Positions 22,413-33,987 of a DNA stretch of 64,000 nt are shown in pieces. Below the pieces are notes generated by a model that was not told the DNA's origin, did not search any database, and saw only the letters and a program-made list of their open reading frames with translations. Made by a program: the position numbers and the translations under genes. Origin of the DNA: Scenedesmus sp. PABB004 (lineage: Eukaryota); assembly GCA_014905635.1 (NCBI GenBank), contig JABVCE010000016.1, forward strand, positions 186,001 to 250,000. Direction: 5' to 3'. Position 1 is the first letter of the stretch; each line of letters opens with the position of its first letter.

Positions 22413-23749
22413 ATGGTGGTGGCCGACGACGCGGCGCCCGCGCAGCAGCACGCCGGCGTGCGGGACGCGGCTGCGGCGCTTGCGGCGCTTGCGGGCCGCA
22501 GCGCCGCGCGCCACGGCGCTGCCGTCAACGGCGCGCAGCAGCGGCCGGGCGGGCTCGCCACGCAGGTGCTGCGCGTGGACCCGGCGGCGCTGCCGCCCGT
22601 CGCGGCACCCGACGCGGCCGCGGCGGCCCTGCTGCTGGCGGCGCGGGAGCCGCCCGACCTCGGCCGCGCCAGCTGCCCGCACCTGTACTACGACCTCCCG
22701 CCGGCAGCGGCGGCGGCGGCGGCAGCAGCAGCAACGGTGGACGCCGGCGACGCTGCCAGCAGCAGCTGCAGCGGCGACGCCAGCCGCGGCGACGCCAGCG
22801 GCGGCGAGGCGCAGGTGCAGGCGCAGGCGGCGGCGCTCGCTGCGCTCGCGCGCGGCGCGGCGCTGCTGCGCGCCGGCGCGGCGGTGGCGATGCCGACCGA
22901 GACGGTCTACGGCCTCGCCTGCAGCGCGCTGCGCGGCGACGCGGTGGCCGCGGTCTTTGAGGCCAAGGGCCGCCCCGCCGACAACCCCCTGATCGTCCAC
23001 ATCAGCGACCTCGACATGCTCGACGAGCTCTACGCCCCGCCGGCGGGCGGGCCCACGGACGGGGCGGCGGCGGGCCCCACGGATGGGGCGGCGGCGGGCA
23101 GCAGCGACGGCGGCGGCGGCGGCGGCGGCGCGGCGCGGCGCGGCCCCGCCGGCGCGGCCGTGCCGGAGCAGTACCGCCGGCTGCTGGCGGCGTTCTGGCC
23201 AGGCCCGCTCACGGTGCTGCTGCCGGCGAGCCCGCGGCTGGCGCCCGCGGTCACGGCGGGGCGGCGCACGATGGCGGTGCGCATGCCGGCGCACCCCGTC
23301 GCGCGCGCGCTCATCGCGGCGGCGGGCGTGCCGCTCGCCGCGCCGTCGGCCAACACGAGCGGCCGGCCGTCGCCGACGACGGCGGCGCACGTGGTCGACG
23401 ACCTCGGCGGCCGCGTCGCGGCGGTCGTGGACGGCGGGCCGTGCGGCTGCGGCGTCGAGAGCACCGTCCTGGACGGCCTGCGCGCGCCGCCGGCGGTGCT
23501 GCGCCCCGGCGGCGTGCCCGCGGAGGCGCTCGCGGCCTGCCCGGGCATGGAGGGCCTGCAGGTCTATGCGCTCGACTTCACTGACGCCGCGCTCGAGGCG
23601 GCGCCGAGCACGCCCGGCATGAAGTATCGGCACTACAGCCCCTCCGCGCCGCTGCTGCTGATCGACCCGGGGGCCGGGCCCAGCCCCCCGCGCGCACGGG
23701 CGCGGGCGGCGGCCGGCGTGCAGCAGGAGCAGGAGCGGCAGGTGGAGGG

Positions 23750-23792
<43 letters not shown>

Positions 23793-24353
23793 CGGCAGCA
23801 GCAGCGAGAGCAGGCGCAGGCGCAGCAGCAGCGCGAGCAGGCGGGCGGCGGCGACGCACTGGCGGCGAGGGTGCGCGCCGCGACGGCGGAGCTGCTGGAG
23901 CAGCTGGGCCACCAGCTGCCGGCACAGCCGGAGTGCGCCGCGCCGCGCCGCATCGTGCTGCTCAGCACCTGCCCCGGCGCCAGCGCCAGCGGGGCTGCGG
24001 CGGAGCCGGCGGTCGGCTGGACGCCCGCCAGCCTGGCCGCGCTGCCGCCGGGGCTGCGCGACGACGAGCAGCAACGAGAGCAGCCGCAGCAGGCGCTGGA
24101 GCAGGGGCAGCAGCGAGGGCCACGCCCCGCCGAGCCATTGCTACGCGACCCGGGCGGCGTGCAGGTGCTGGAGTACGTGCTCGGCAGCTGGGCACACCCG
24201 GAGCTCGTGGCGCGGCAGCTCTTTGCGGGGCTGCGCGCGGCCGACGGCGCCGGCGCCGCCGCGGTGGTCGTGCAGGGCGTGCCGGCGGTCGGGGCGGGGC
24301 AGGCGGTGATGAATCGGCTGGCCAAGGCCGCGAGCGTGCGCCTGGCGCTTTAG
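22413..24353 (+). CDS. SUA5: Threonylcarbamoyl-AMP synthase (YrdC plus Sua5 C-terminal domain), apparently intronless
   Basis: MPTETVYGL, KGRPADNPLIVH, FWPGPLT, AVRMPAHP, AAPSANTSGRPSPT, GVESTV, TPGMKYRHYSP, AVMNRLAKAA. Start codon is uncertain. Confidence 0.93.
23753..23788 (+). repeat. CAG microsatellite encoding poly-Gln within SUA5
   Basis: Uninterrupted (CAG)n tract translated as a Q run. Confidence 0.9.
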
Positions 24354-24780
24354 GCCGCGCGCGAGGCCTGTAAAACACGCGCGGTTCCAGCGGCGGGGCC
24401 TGGGTGGCGGCGCTGACGGGAAAGGAGCAGGACGCGGCCGGCCGCCCCCACAGGGCTGCCTCCCGCCGCCGCTGCGCGCCACAGCTCCGCTCCGCTGCCG
24501 GCAGCGACGCGGTGCTGCTGCCGCTGCCGCCGCCGCCCGCGTCCCGCATGACCAGCATGCGGCTGCGGCGACGGGCTCCGTGAAGCTTGGGCGGGCTCGT
24601 GATCGGGCCGCGGGCGCTCGTCCGCGCGGCTCTGGCCAGCAGGGGGGCTCCAATCAAGCTGGCGGCACTCCGGCGCCAGCAGGCGTGCGGTGGCCGCGGC
24701 GCGGTGCTCCAGCGGTAGCTATTGCTTGGTTCGTGCTGCATCTCGGCGCCCGCTGCCGGCTGTCCCGCGCCGGCGCCGCC
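24272..24780 (+). repeat. Direct repeat copy A (~0.5 kb): SUA5 3' end, 3' UTR and downstream intergenic region
   Basis: Matches 27219-~27730 (offset 2947), with only a handful of substitutions in the first ~450 nt and decaying similarity after that. Confidence 0.95.
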
Positions 24781-24829
24781 GCTGCTGCTGCTGCGGCGGC
24801 GGCGACGGAGGCGCGGCGACGGAGCCAAC

Positions 24830-27107
24830 ATGAGGCAAAAGAAGGATCGCCGGCGCGAGCTGCTGCTGGATGCGGAGCGTGAGTACGCAGAGGCGCGGGC
24901 TCGCGTCGACTCGCTGCAGGACGAGCAGGTGCGCGTGCGGCGGCGCGGGGCACCGCCGCTGTGCGCCGCTCGCGGGCCGCCGCCGCGCGCATGCGCCTCA
25001 CGCCGCGGTCGTCCGCCCCCGCGCCAGGTCCGCCTGCGCACGACGGAGGCGCTGCTTCTGTCCATGATCGAGGGCATGCGGATGCTGGCGACCTGCGTGC
25101 GCGAGCGCGAGAGCGCGCTCGCCGGCGCCGGCGGCGCCGCGGCGCCGGCGGCGGTCGCGGCGGCGCAGCTCGAGGCGCGCATCGCGGCGCACCTGCAGGC
25201 CTTTGCCGGGCTGCGCGCGCGCGCGGGCGGCGACGCACCGCCGCAGCTGGCCAACATGGCCATGGCGCAGCGGCTGTTCGACCCCGGCTTTGTCGCCCAG
25301 GTGCGCCGCGGGGGCGGTCCGGGCGAGCGTGGGGGAGCACTCTAGGGCTCAGGCCCAGGCGTCCGCCGCGGCCGCAGCTGCACAGCCGCGGCCGTGGCGG
25401 CGGCCGAGCGCCGCCCGCGCGCCCGCGCCGCCGCCGCAGGTGCTGGCGATGCCGCTGGAGGCGATCGTCGCCCGGCTGTGCGTGCTCGCCGGCAAGTGTG
25501 CGATCCTGGTTTTCCAGGCCCCCGCCGCGCGCGAGCTCTGGGCCGACGGCGGCGGCGCCGCCGGCGGCGGCGACGCGTGCGCCCCCGACCCGGTGCTGCA
25601 GCGCTGCGCCGCCGCCGCGCGGCAGGCGGGCGGCGCCGGCAGCGTCCCGTCCTACGGCGCGTGCAGCACGACGGCTGGCGAGGCCGGCGGCGCCCCGGCG
25701 GCGTCGCCGGCCGCGGAGGCTCAAACAAGCGTGTTTGAGCCTGCTGTTGAGTTCACGAGCCTCATGTTTGCGATCATGCTCTTTGACGAGCCGCGCTTCG
25801 GTTGCATCGTCAGCACCAACCTCGAGCTCGGCACGGGGCCGATGCAGCTGCCGGGTGCGCGCCGTGCCGCGCCGCCGCCGCCGCCGCCGCCGCGCCGCGC
25901 CGCGCCGCCGCCGGCGCGCCCGCGCGCTCACGCACGGCGCCGCCGCCCCTCGCCGCCCGCCGCCGCCCCGCGTCCGCCGCCGCCGCCAGCGTCGTTCTGG
26001 CTGCTGGTGCTGGAGAAGCTCCACCTCAGCGCGGAGCAGCTCCGCGCGTTTGAGTGCCTCCGCTCGCAGCACTTTGCGTCGCTCGACGGCGTCTTCAGCA
26101 ACCTGCGCGTCGCCTCGGCGCAGCACGAGCGCTCCAGCAGCCGCCTCGCGGCGCTGTGCCGCCAGGCGTCGGGCGTGTCGGGCGACGCGGCGGCGCCGCC
26201 CGCCGCGCACGCGCACTCGCTTGCGCGCCAGCTGAGCGGCCTGCGTGTGCACGAGACGGGCGCGCTCATGGCCGAGTCGGCGGAGCTCCTGCAAGCGCAG
26301 GGCTGCATGCTCACGACATGGAAGCTGCGCAGCCTCAACCTCGGCCTCGCCACGCTCGCCACGCTCACGCCGCTGCAGACGGCGCTCTTCATCGCTGGTG
26401 GGACGGGCGGGGCGCCGCTGGGGCGCCGCGCCGCGCCGCGCGGGCGCGCTTCCTGCGCGGTGCCGCTGGCTGACTGCGCCCGCCCACGCCCACGACGCCT
26501 CGCGCCGCGCCGCGCCGCAGCGAGCTTCCCACTTATGCCTCGCATGGACCTTCTGCTGGCGGCGATCAACGAGCGCACGCAGGAGCAGCACGCAGCGGCG
26601 GCGGCGGCGGCGCCGGCACCGGCGCCCGCGCCCGCGCCCGCGCCGGCGCCGGCGCCGGCGCCCGCGCCCGCGCCGGCGGCGCTGCGCGGCGGCGGCAGCT
26701 CGCCGCGCGGCTGGGGGCGGCCGGCGCTGACGCCGGCGCCGGCGCCGGCGCCGGCGCCGCGCCCGGCAGCGGGACGTCGAGCGGATCGAGCTCTGAGCCG
26801 ATGGCCGTTGGCGCCTGACGCGGCGCTGGCGCTGTGCATGAGCGCGGTGGGCGCCTGCTGCGGCCGGCAGGCGCGTGCTCTGTCCCATGGTGTGCACGCT
26901 CGGTCTCTGCACGCTGCGCATGCTTCGGTTGCAGCTGGCCTGGCAATGCGCTGCCGGGGCTATGAATTCCATCGTCAACCGGCGGCGCTGGACGGGGATC
27001 GCGTTGGCGGGTGTTTATCGCGGAGTCAATGCAGCGGGGTGTCACAAGCCTACTCGCTGTTGGCTGCGACGGCGGGCCATCGCTTACAGCGGTCCAAAAC
27101 GCCGTGA
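24830..27107 (+). CDS. Green-algal bZIP-like protein (basic/coiled-coil N-terminus); multi-exon, 3' end uncertain
   Basis: MRQKKDRRRELLLDAEREYAEARARVDSLQDEQVRLR basic region plus heptads. C-terminal FWLLVLEKLHLSAEQ and LTPLQTALFIAASFP motifs recall algal bZIP-associated domains. Canonical GT-AG introns. Confidence 0.5.
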
Positions 27108-27218
27108 CGTCTGCGGGGGTCGGGGTGGTGCGCCGTTGCTGCGGCGGCCGCCAAGTTGACTGAGATTTGCCATGCGTTCACTGCTTGCGCCAAACTCTGC
27201 GCACAGTTGTGGCCGGGC

Positions 27219-27730
27219 GCAGGGCGTGCCGGCGGTCGGGGCGGGGCAGGCGGTGATGAATCGGCTGGCCAAGGCCGCGAGCGTGCGCCTGGCGCTTTAG
27301 GCCGCGCGCGAGGCCTGTCAAACACGCGCGGTTCCAGCGGCGGGGCCTGGGTGGCGGCGCTGACGGGACAGGAGCAGGACGCGGCCGGCCGCCCCCACAG
27401 GGCTGCCTCCCGCCGCCGCTGCGCGCCACAGCTCCGCTCCGCTGCCGGCAGCGACGCGGTGCTGCTGCCGCCGCCGCCGCCGCCCGCGTCCCGCATGACC
27501 AGCATGCGGCTGCGGCGACGGGCTCCGTGAAGCTTGGGCGGGCTCGTGATCGGGCCGCGGGCGCTCGCCCGCGCGGCTCTGGCCAGCAGGGGGGCTCCAA
27601 TCAAGCTTGCGGCACTCCGGCGCCAGCAGGCGTGCGGTGGCCGCGGCGCGGTGCTCCAGCGGTAGCTGAGGCTTGGTTCGTGCTGCATTCCGGCCCGCGC
27701 AGCCGGCTGTCGCGTGCCGGCGCCGGCGCC
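27219..27730 (+). repeat. Direct repeat copy B, including an orphan SUA5 C-terminal fragment
   Basis: Encodes the same QGVPAVGAGQAVMNRLAKAASVRLAL* but has no upstream SUA5 sequence. Ends just before the SMYD ATG at 27758. Confidence 0.95.
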
Positions 27731-27757
27731 GCCGCCGCCGCTGCCGCCGCCGTCGCC

Positions 27758-30700
27758 ATGCTGCGCGCGCTGGCTGCCGCCGTGGAGACGGTGCCGCTCC
27801 ACGGCGCAGCAGCCGAGGACGGGGACCTGGATGCCGCGCTGGCAGCGCTGCAGGCGTCGCCGGCGTGGGCGGCTGCACTCGACCAGCTCATCGCGCCCGG
27901 CGTGCAGGGCTGTGTCAAGGACGGCGGCGCGGCGGCGGTGCACAAGGCGCGGGGCAGCGCCGCCGTCGCCGCTGGCGAGCTCGATAAGGCGGCGCGCCTG
28001 TACTCAGAGGCGCTGCAGCTGCTGCCGCCGGGGGAGCCGCTGGAGGCGGCGAGGCTGCACGCCAATCGGGCGCTCGTGCTGCTGCGGCTCGCCGCGGCCA
28101 CAGCCTGCGCTCGCGCCTGCGACCGCTGCAGCGGCGGCGCTCGCAGCAGCCAGGGCGGCGCGCTGCTGCAGCCCTGCCCTGCAGCGCGGCTCCGGGAGGC
28201 GGCGCAGCAGGACTGCACGGCTGCGCTGGTGCTGCTGCCGCCGGGCTCGACCCTCGAGGCCAAGGTGAGCTGAGCGCCTGGCGCGGCAGGCCGGCTGGCT
28301 GCCGGCTGCGGCGCGCGCGTGCACAGCGCGGCGCCCGCTGCTGCGCGCGCACACAGGTGCTCTTTCGGCGGGCCTCGGCGAGCCTGGGGCTGCAGCAGCA
28401 CGCGGCGGCCGCGGCCGACGCCGGGGCGGCGCTGGCGGCGGCGCGCGCGGCTGGCGACGCGCGTGCGTGCAGCGACGTGCAGGCGCTGCTGACTAGGGCG
28501 GAGCAGGCCGCTGCGGCGGCCGGTGCTGACGGCGGCGCCGCGGCGGCCGCGAGCACTGCGGACGCGGTCGAGCTGCTGGGCCTGGGCGGCTCTGGCGCGC
28601 CAGCGAGCCGCAGCCCGCAGCAGGAGCGAGCGGAGCAGGAGCGAGAGCAGCCGACAGCGGGCCCGAGCCTGGCGGAGCTGGACGTGCTGCTGGACCACCA
28701 GGCGCGCCAGGCGTGGCAGCTGGTGCGCGAGCACCTCGGCAGGGGCGGCGGTGCAGCGGCCAGCGCGGCCGGCGCGGACGCGGGGCCGGGGCTGGCGCCC
28801 GGGCTCGGCAGGGTGCGGAGCCGCTACACGCGGCGCGCCGGGCGGCACCTGGTTGCCGCGGTGGGTCTCCCGCCCGGCGCCCTACTGCTGGCAGAGGACG
28901 CGCTTGCCGCCGTGCCGCTGGTGGTCAAGGGCGGTGCGCGGCGGTGCGACTGGTGCTGCGCGGCGCTCGGCCCCGCGCCCTGGCCCTGCTCGCACTGCGC
29001 GCTCGTGAGCTTCTGTTCAGAACCGTGCCGTGCTGCGGGACTGTCTGCCGCCGGCGGCCATGCGCCTGGCGGCGCCGAGTGCGGGCGGCCCTGGATGCGG
29101 CTGCTGCCGGAGCACGCCCGCCTGGCGAGCAGGTGCCGGGCTGTGGCAGCAGCAGCGAGCAGCCCCGAGCAGCCGGGGCGGCACGAGGCTGCGCACGTCG
29201 AGCGGCTGCGGCTGCGGCTGCTTGGCAGCCTCCAGCAGCACGCGTGGTCTGGCGACGCGCAGAGCTATTCCGGCGCCGCCGCCGCCCAGAGCAACAACAG
29301 CGGCGGCGGCGGCAGCGCCGCCGACCAGCTGCGGGAGCAGCTGCTCCTCGCGCACCTGGTTGCGCACGTCGGCGCCGCCGCGCCCGCCGGCAGCGGCGGC
29401 GGCGGCCACGCCGCAGCGGCGCAGCGCGCGCTCGCCTGCCTCGGGCAGATCGTCACCAACGGCGTGGCGCTGCGGCCGCTGCTGTCGGCCGGGCCGGAGG
29501 AGCGGCGGGGGCTGGGGCTCTTTCCCGTGGCGGCGCTCCTCAACCACGACTGCGACCCAAACTGCAGCATCAGGCGAGCGCGGCGCCGCCGCGACGCGGC
29601 GGCGCGCGGCTGTGCGTGCGCACGCGCGCGGCAGCGCTGACGGCGCGCCAGGGACCTCCCGCGCCCGTGCCGCGCGCGCCACAGGTTTGTGGGCCGCACG
29701 CTGCTGCTGGTGTGCGTGCGCGGCGCCCGGGCGGGCGAGCCGCTCACCATCAGCTACGGCCCCCAGGCCGGGCGCGCGCCGGCGCGGCAGCGGCGGCGGC
29801 GGCTCGCGGCGCAGTATGGCTTCACCTGCGCGTGCGCCGCCTGTGTGGCCGCCTGCGCGGAGGCGCAGCAGCGCGAGGCAGCCGCCGCGGGCCTCGCTTG
29901 CCACCGCGGCGGTGGCGGCGGCGGCGGCGATGGCACGGCCCCCTGCCCCGGGGTCGTGCCCGCCGGTGAGCTGCCGGCGGGGCTGGTGGCGGAGCGCCCG
30001 GCGGTGACAGAGCGCGCGGCGGCGGCGGCCAGCGACGGCGCTGCAAGCGCCGGCTCCGCGCCCTGCAGCGCGTGCGGCTGGGCCATGTCGCGCCAGCAGC
30101 TGCTGGCGGCGCTCGAGGCGCTCGAGGGGGCCGCCGAGGCAGCCGACGCGGCGGCGCGCATCATGGCGCGGCGCCAAGCCGCGCCGCCCTGCGGCGGCGG
30201 TGCGCCAGCAGCACCGGACGAGGTGGCGCGAGCCGCGGCGCTGCTGCACCAGGCCGCGGCGGTGCGGCAGCAGCACCTGCACCCACGCAACCAGCTGCTG
30301 GGCGCCACCCATCACCGGGCGGCCGCGGCGGCCGCGGCGGCGGCGGCGCTGGCCTGCTGCTCGGGCAGCGGGAGCGGCGCGAGCGCCGCGCTGGCGGCGC
30401 TGGAGGGCTGCCTCGGGGCGTGCGAGGCGCCCGAGCTGTGGGCGCTGGTGCTGCAGGCGGAGGCGAGCCTCGCGGACCTGCGGCGGCGGGGCTCGTGCGG
30501 CTGCGGCGCGTGCGCCGCGGCCGGCGCGCCGCCGGCGCCGCGGCAGCGGGCGCTGGCGGCGCTGCTGGAGCAGCCGTGCGGCTGCTGCAGGGCCGCTCGC
30601 GCAGCGGACGAGGGGGCGCACGTGCAGCAGCAGCAGCAGCTCGCGCGCGCCGCGCAGCACTTTGCCGCCAGCGCGGCGGTGCTGGCGGCCAACCAGGCAG

Positions 30701-30942
30701 CGGACGCGCTGGACGCGGCGCTCGAGCGGCTCTGCGGGGGCATCGCCGGCGCGGCGCTGCTGCACGCCGGCCGCGGCGGCGGGGCGCGAGGGGGCAGCAG
30801 TGACGTCACCACCAGCGGCGCGGCGCGGTGCTGCCGCTGCAGCGGCCTGCTGGCGCTGGCGTCGCAGGAGTGCGCATGCGCGGCGCGCACGATCGCCCGG
30901 CACCTCGGCGTCGCCGCGGGCGGCGCGGTGCTGTGCCTCTGA
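27758..30942 (+). CDS. TPR + MYND + SET domain protein (SMYD4-like lysine methyltransferase). Exons 27758-28264, 28357-29573, 29685-30942
   Basis: TPR LHANRALVLLRL, split SET AGRHLVAA..PGALLLAE, MYND CDWC..CSHC..FCSEPC..H..EC, LFPVAALLNHDCDPN, LTISYG, YGFTCACAAC. Confidence 0.88.
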
Positions 30943-31265
30943 GAGCGCGCGCGCGGCCTGGGCTGGCGTCGGTTACTGCGGCGGTCCGTGCGGCGTGCAC
31001 CCAGCACCCAGCCGCTCGCTGACAGCTGATGGATGAGTACAGTGCAGAGCGCGCGATCACTGACAAGCCCGCTGTCACACCCAGCGCCCCCTCGCCCGCC
31101 AAAACTGGTGCAAAACGCCAACGACAGCTGTGCACTCGCGGCCGGCAGCAGCTCGCGCAGTCAGGGCGTGCTGCCGCAGTTCAGAGCAGCGACCAGAACT
31201 CTGTGAGCGCCTGTCGCGGCGCGCCCGAGGCCGCAGCGGGAGGCCCGCTGCGGCGGCGCGGCCTC

Positions 31266-31933
31266 TCACAGCAGCAGGAGCAGGATGGAGCCAGCGGCAG
31301 CGGCGCCGAGCAGGGAGCCGGCCGCCACGCTCGCAGCGGCGCTCTTCGTGCCGGTCAGCGCGGCGGCGGCGGAGGCGAGGGCGCCCGTCGTCGCGTTCGT
31401 CGCCGTGTCGAGCCCGCCGCTGACGGCGCTCGTGGCCTTGGTTGTGGTATCGGCGACCGCGCTCGTGGCGGTCTTGGTCGCGTTTGTCAGCGTGCCGCCG
31501 ACCTTGGCCGTCGCGTTGCCCACCGCCTCGGTGAGCTTGTCGAGCGGGCCCGCGCGGGCGCCTGCCGCGGGCGGCAGCGCGGGAGGCGGCGCGGGGTCGG
31601 CGCGGGCGGCGGCGCGGGGTCGGCGCGGGCGGCGGCGCGGGCGGCGGCGCGGGCGGCAGCGCGGGCGGCGGCGCGGGGTCAGCGCAGGCGGCGCGCCGCG
31701 GCAGCGCCCGCGCCCAGCACGGCGCTCGGGACGCTAGGTCTGGGCCGGGGACGCCCGTGGGACCCTCGGATCAGGCCGCGGTTCGCCGGCACCGGCGCCG
31801 GCGGCGCCAACCGCTGCTGCCGCGCCGGGCTGTCGGCTGTCGACCGCCCAGGAACCGCGGCCGCAGCCTCACCCGCCGCGAGGGCGATGACCAGGAGGGC
31901 CGCCAGCACGAAGAAGGCGGTGGAGCGGGCCAT
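31266..31933 (-). CDS. Small secreted, probably GPI-anchored Thr/Ala-rich protein. Exons 31933-31873, 31561-31266
   Basis: Signal peptide MARSTAFFVLAALLVIALAAG, phase-consistent GTGAG..CAG intron, three NAT sequons, hydrophobic C-terminus SILLLLL*. Confidence 0.7.
31578..31690. repeat. GC-rich minisatellite (GCGGGCGGCGGC-like units) in the intron
   Basis: Tandem ~12-nt units interspersed with GCGCGGGGTC. Confidence 0.7.
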
Positions 31934-32520
31934 GGTGGTGCCTGCGCGCGGCGGGCGGGAGTGAGAGAGATCGCGGCCGGGCCGTCCGCCGCGCCGGGCG
32001 AGCGGGCGAGCGCGGCCGCGCCCGATCCGGGCGCGGCAAGCTGCGGGCACGGCGCAGCCAGCCGCTCGCAAAGGCCGCGTCGGCAGGGCAGCCCAGCGCT
32101 CGCAGAGGCAGCTCACCGTGCGAGCTCTTGCTTGCGCGTCGGGGATGTCGAGGTGGGCGAAGGGTGGCGTCACGAGATCAGCCGGGCGCTGTTTGCGGCG
32201 GCGGCGGCGGTGCGCGGGAGTTTGAACGCGGTTCAACGGCCGCGCCGAACGCGGCTCGCTCGTCTGTGTGCGTTGCCACGTCGTGGTGGCACGGCGCGGC
32301 CGGCACGGGAGCTGCTGCGCCCCCGCGACGGTGCCGCCGCCGCCGCCGGGCGCTGGGCCCGGGGCGCTGCGCCGCCGACACGCCGCCCGCCCCGCGCCGG
32401 CCCCGCGGCGGCTGTCGCCCCGCCTGCCCGCCGGTGCGCCACACCTCCTCCACGCCCCCACACCCCGCCCTCTCCACCCTCCTCCCCCGCACGCCGCTGC
32501 AGCGCCCGCCGCACCACACC

Positions 32521-33634
32521 ATGGCCCTCTCCATGATGCAGGCGCGTGCGGGCGGCCTCCACCCAGACGTTCAGACGCGCGCAGCACGTTGCGCCCGCGC
32601 TGGCCCGGACCGCGCGGCGCGGGAGGGGGGCAGCGACGCCTTGCGCTGCTCCCGCCCCGCGCTCGCGGCCCCCCAGCGCGCCCGCCACGGCGCATTGCGC
32701 GGCGCACGGCCACAGCTTTTCGCTGCCTGGCTCGCCCCGCGGCGCCGTGAAGGGCCCGCGCTGCGGCAGCGCCCGCGACCGCGCGGCACCAGACAGGCGC
32801 CCGCGGCCGCGCCGCCCGCCCGCGAGCGCGCGCCACCTCACGCCCGTGAATCACACGCCCTCGCCGCCGCCGGCGCCGCGCGGTCCGACGCGCAGAAGCG
32901 CGCCGTGGCGCCGGCGCGCGCCGGCCGCGCCGCGCGCGTGGCCGTGGTCGCCCGCGCGAGCAGCAGCCCCAGCAAGACCGCGACCGGCCTCACCGTCCTC
33001 GCCAAGATCGAGGAGCTCGGCCTCCTCTCCAAGGCGCGCGGGCGCGGCGGCTCGCGGCGGCGCTGCGCCGCGCGCGCTCGTGCGCGGCCCGCTCCGGCGC
33101 GCGCCACGGCCCAACGCTGGCCGCCGCCGCGCAGGTGGAGGAGCTCGGCCTGCTGAGCAAGCTCGAGTCGAGCGGGCTGACGCTGAGCCAGATCGAGAAG
33201 AGCGGCCTGCTCAGCAAGGCGGAGAAGAGCGGCCTGCTGACGCTCATCGCCGACAAGTGAGACCGCGCGCGCGCGGAGGGCTGGTCTCTTGCCTCTCCCT
33301 TGCTCTCTCTTAGGCCAGAGAGCCTCTGGGAGACGGGGAGAGGGAGCCTGTCCTGCTGCGGCGGGCGATTCCAGGCGGAGGGCTGGCGCCAGCGCCCGCC
33401 CGCCCTCACCCCGCCGCGCGCCCGCGGCCGCGGCGCACGCGCAGGAGCACGCCCGGCCTGCTCTCGACGCTCGGCCTCGTCGCTGCGGTGGGCGCTGCTG
33501 GCCTCGTGTACGCGATCCCCGACGACAGCCAGGCGCTCGTGGCGGCGCAGGTCGTCGGCGCCGCCACGCTCGGCGGCGCCGCGATCGCCGCGTTTGTCGG
33601 CTCCAGCATTCTCGGCTCGCTGCAGAAGGTCTGA
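32521..33634 (+). CDS. DUF1118 family plastid membrane protein. Exons 32521-32541, 32896-33033, 33135-33256, 33445-33634
   Basis: Transit-like MALSMMQKRAVAPARAGRAARVAVVARA, repeated E.LGLLSK / GLTLSQIEKSGLLSKAE, then two TM helices around YAIPDDS. Confidence 0.8.
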
Positions 33635-33987
33635 GCGGCGGCGGCGGCGGCGGCGGCGGCTGCGAGTTGTTGTGTCGAGCGCGAGTGCGTGTGGCGAGCG
33701 GGCGAGCGAAACAACGCGGGCAGCGGGAGGGCGCCGGTGCGTCAGCGGCAGTGCCGCCGCTGCAAGCGCCCGCCCTGCACTTTGTTACACGCGCGGCGGC
33801 CAGTCCGTTGCGCCCAACCACGAGCCGCGAGCCGTGAGCAGCCGCAACGCAAGCAGCCGCAGCCGACCGCGTGCAGCAGCAGCGGCCGCCGGCGGCTCAA
33901 AGCTCGAGCCCTCCAGCGGCTGCGCGCCCTCCCTGAGCTGCTCACCGATCCATCGCACGCACCGGCCTGCCGCGAGCCCTCCCGGGC

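Noticed and set aside
26605..26765. (GCGCCG/GCGCCC)n tracts
   Set aside because: Ordinary Ala-Pro coding microsatellites.
24272..27730. LTR retrotransposon
   Set aside because: The repeats are host SUA5/intergenic sequence without TG..CA ends, and the interior has spliceosomal introns and no gag/pol.
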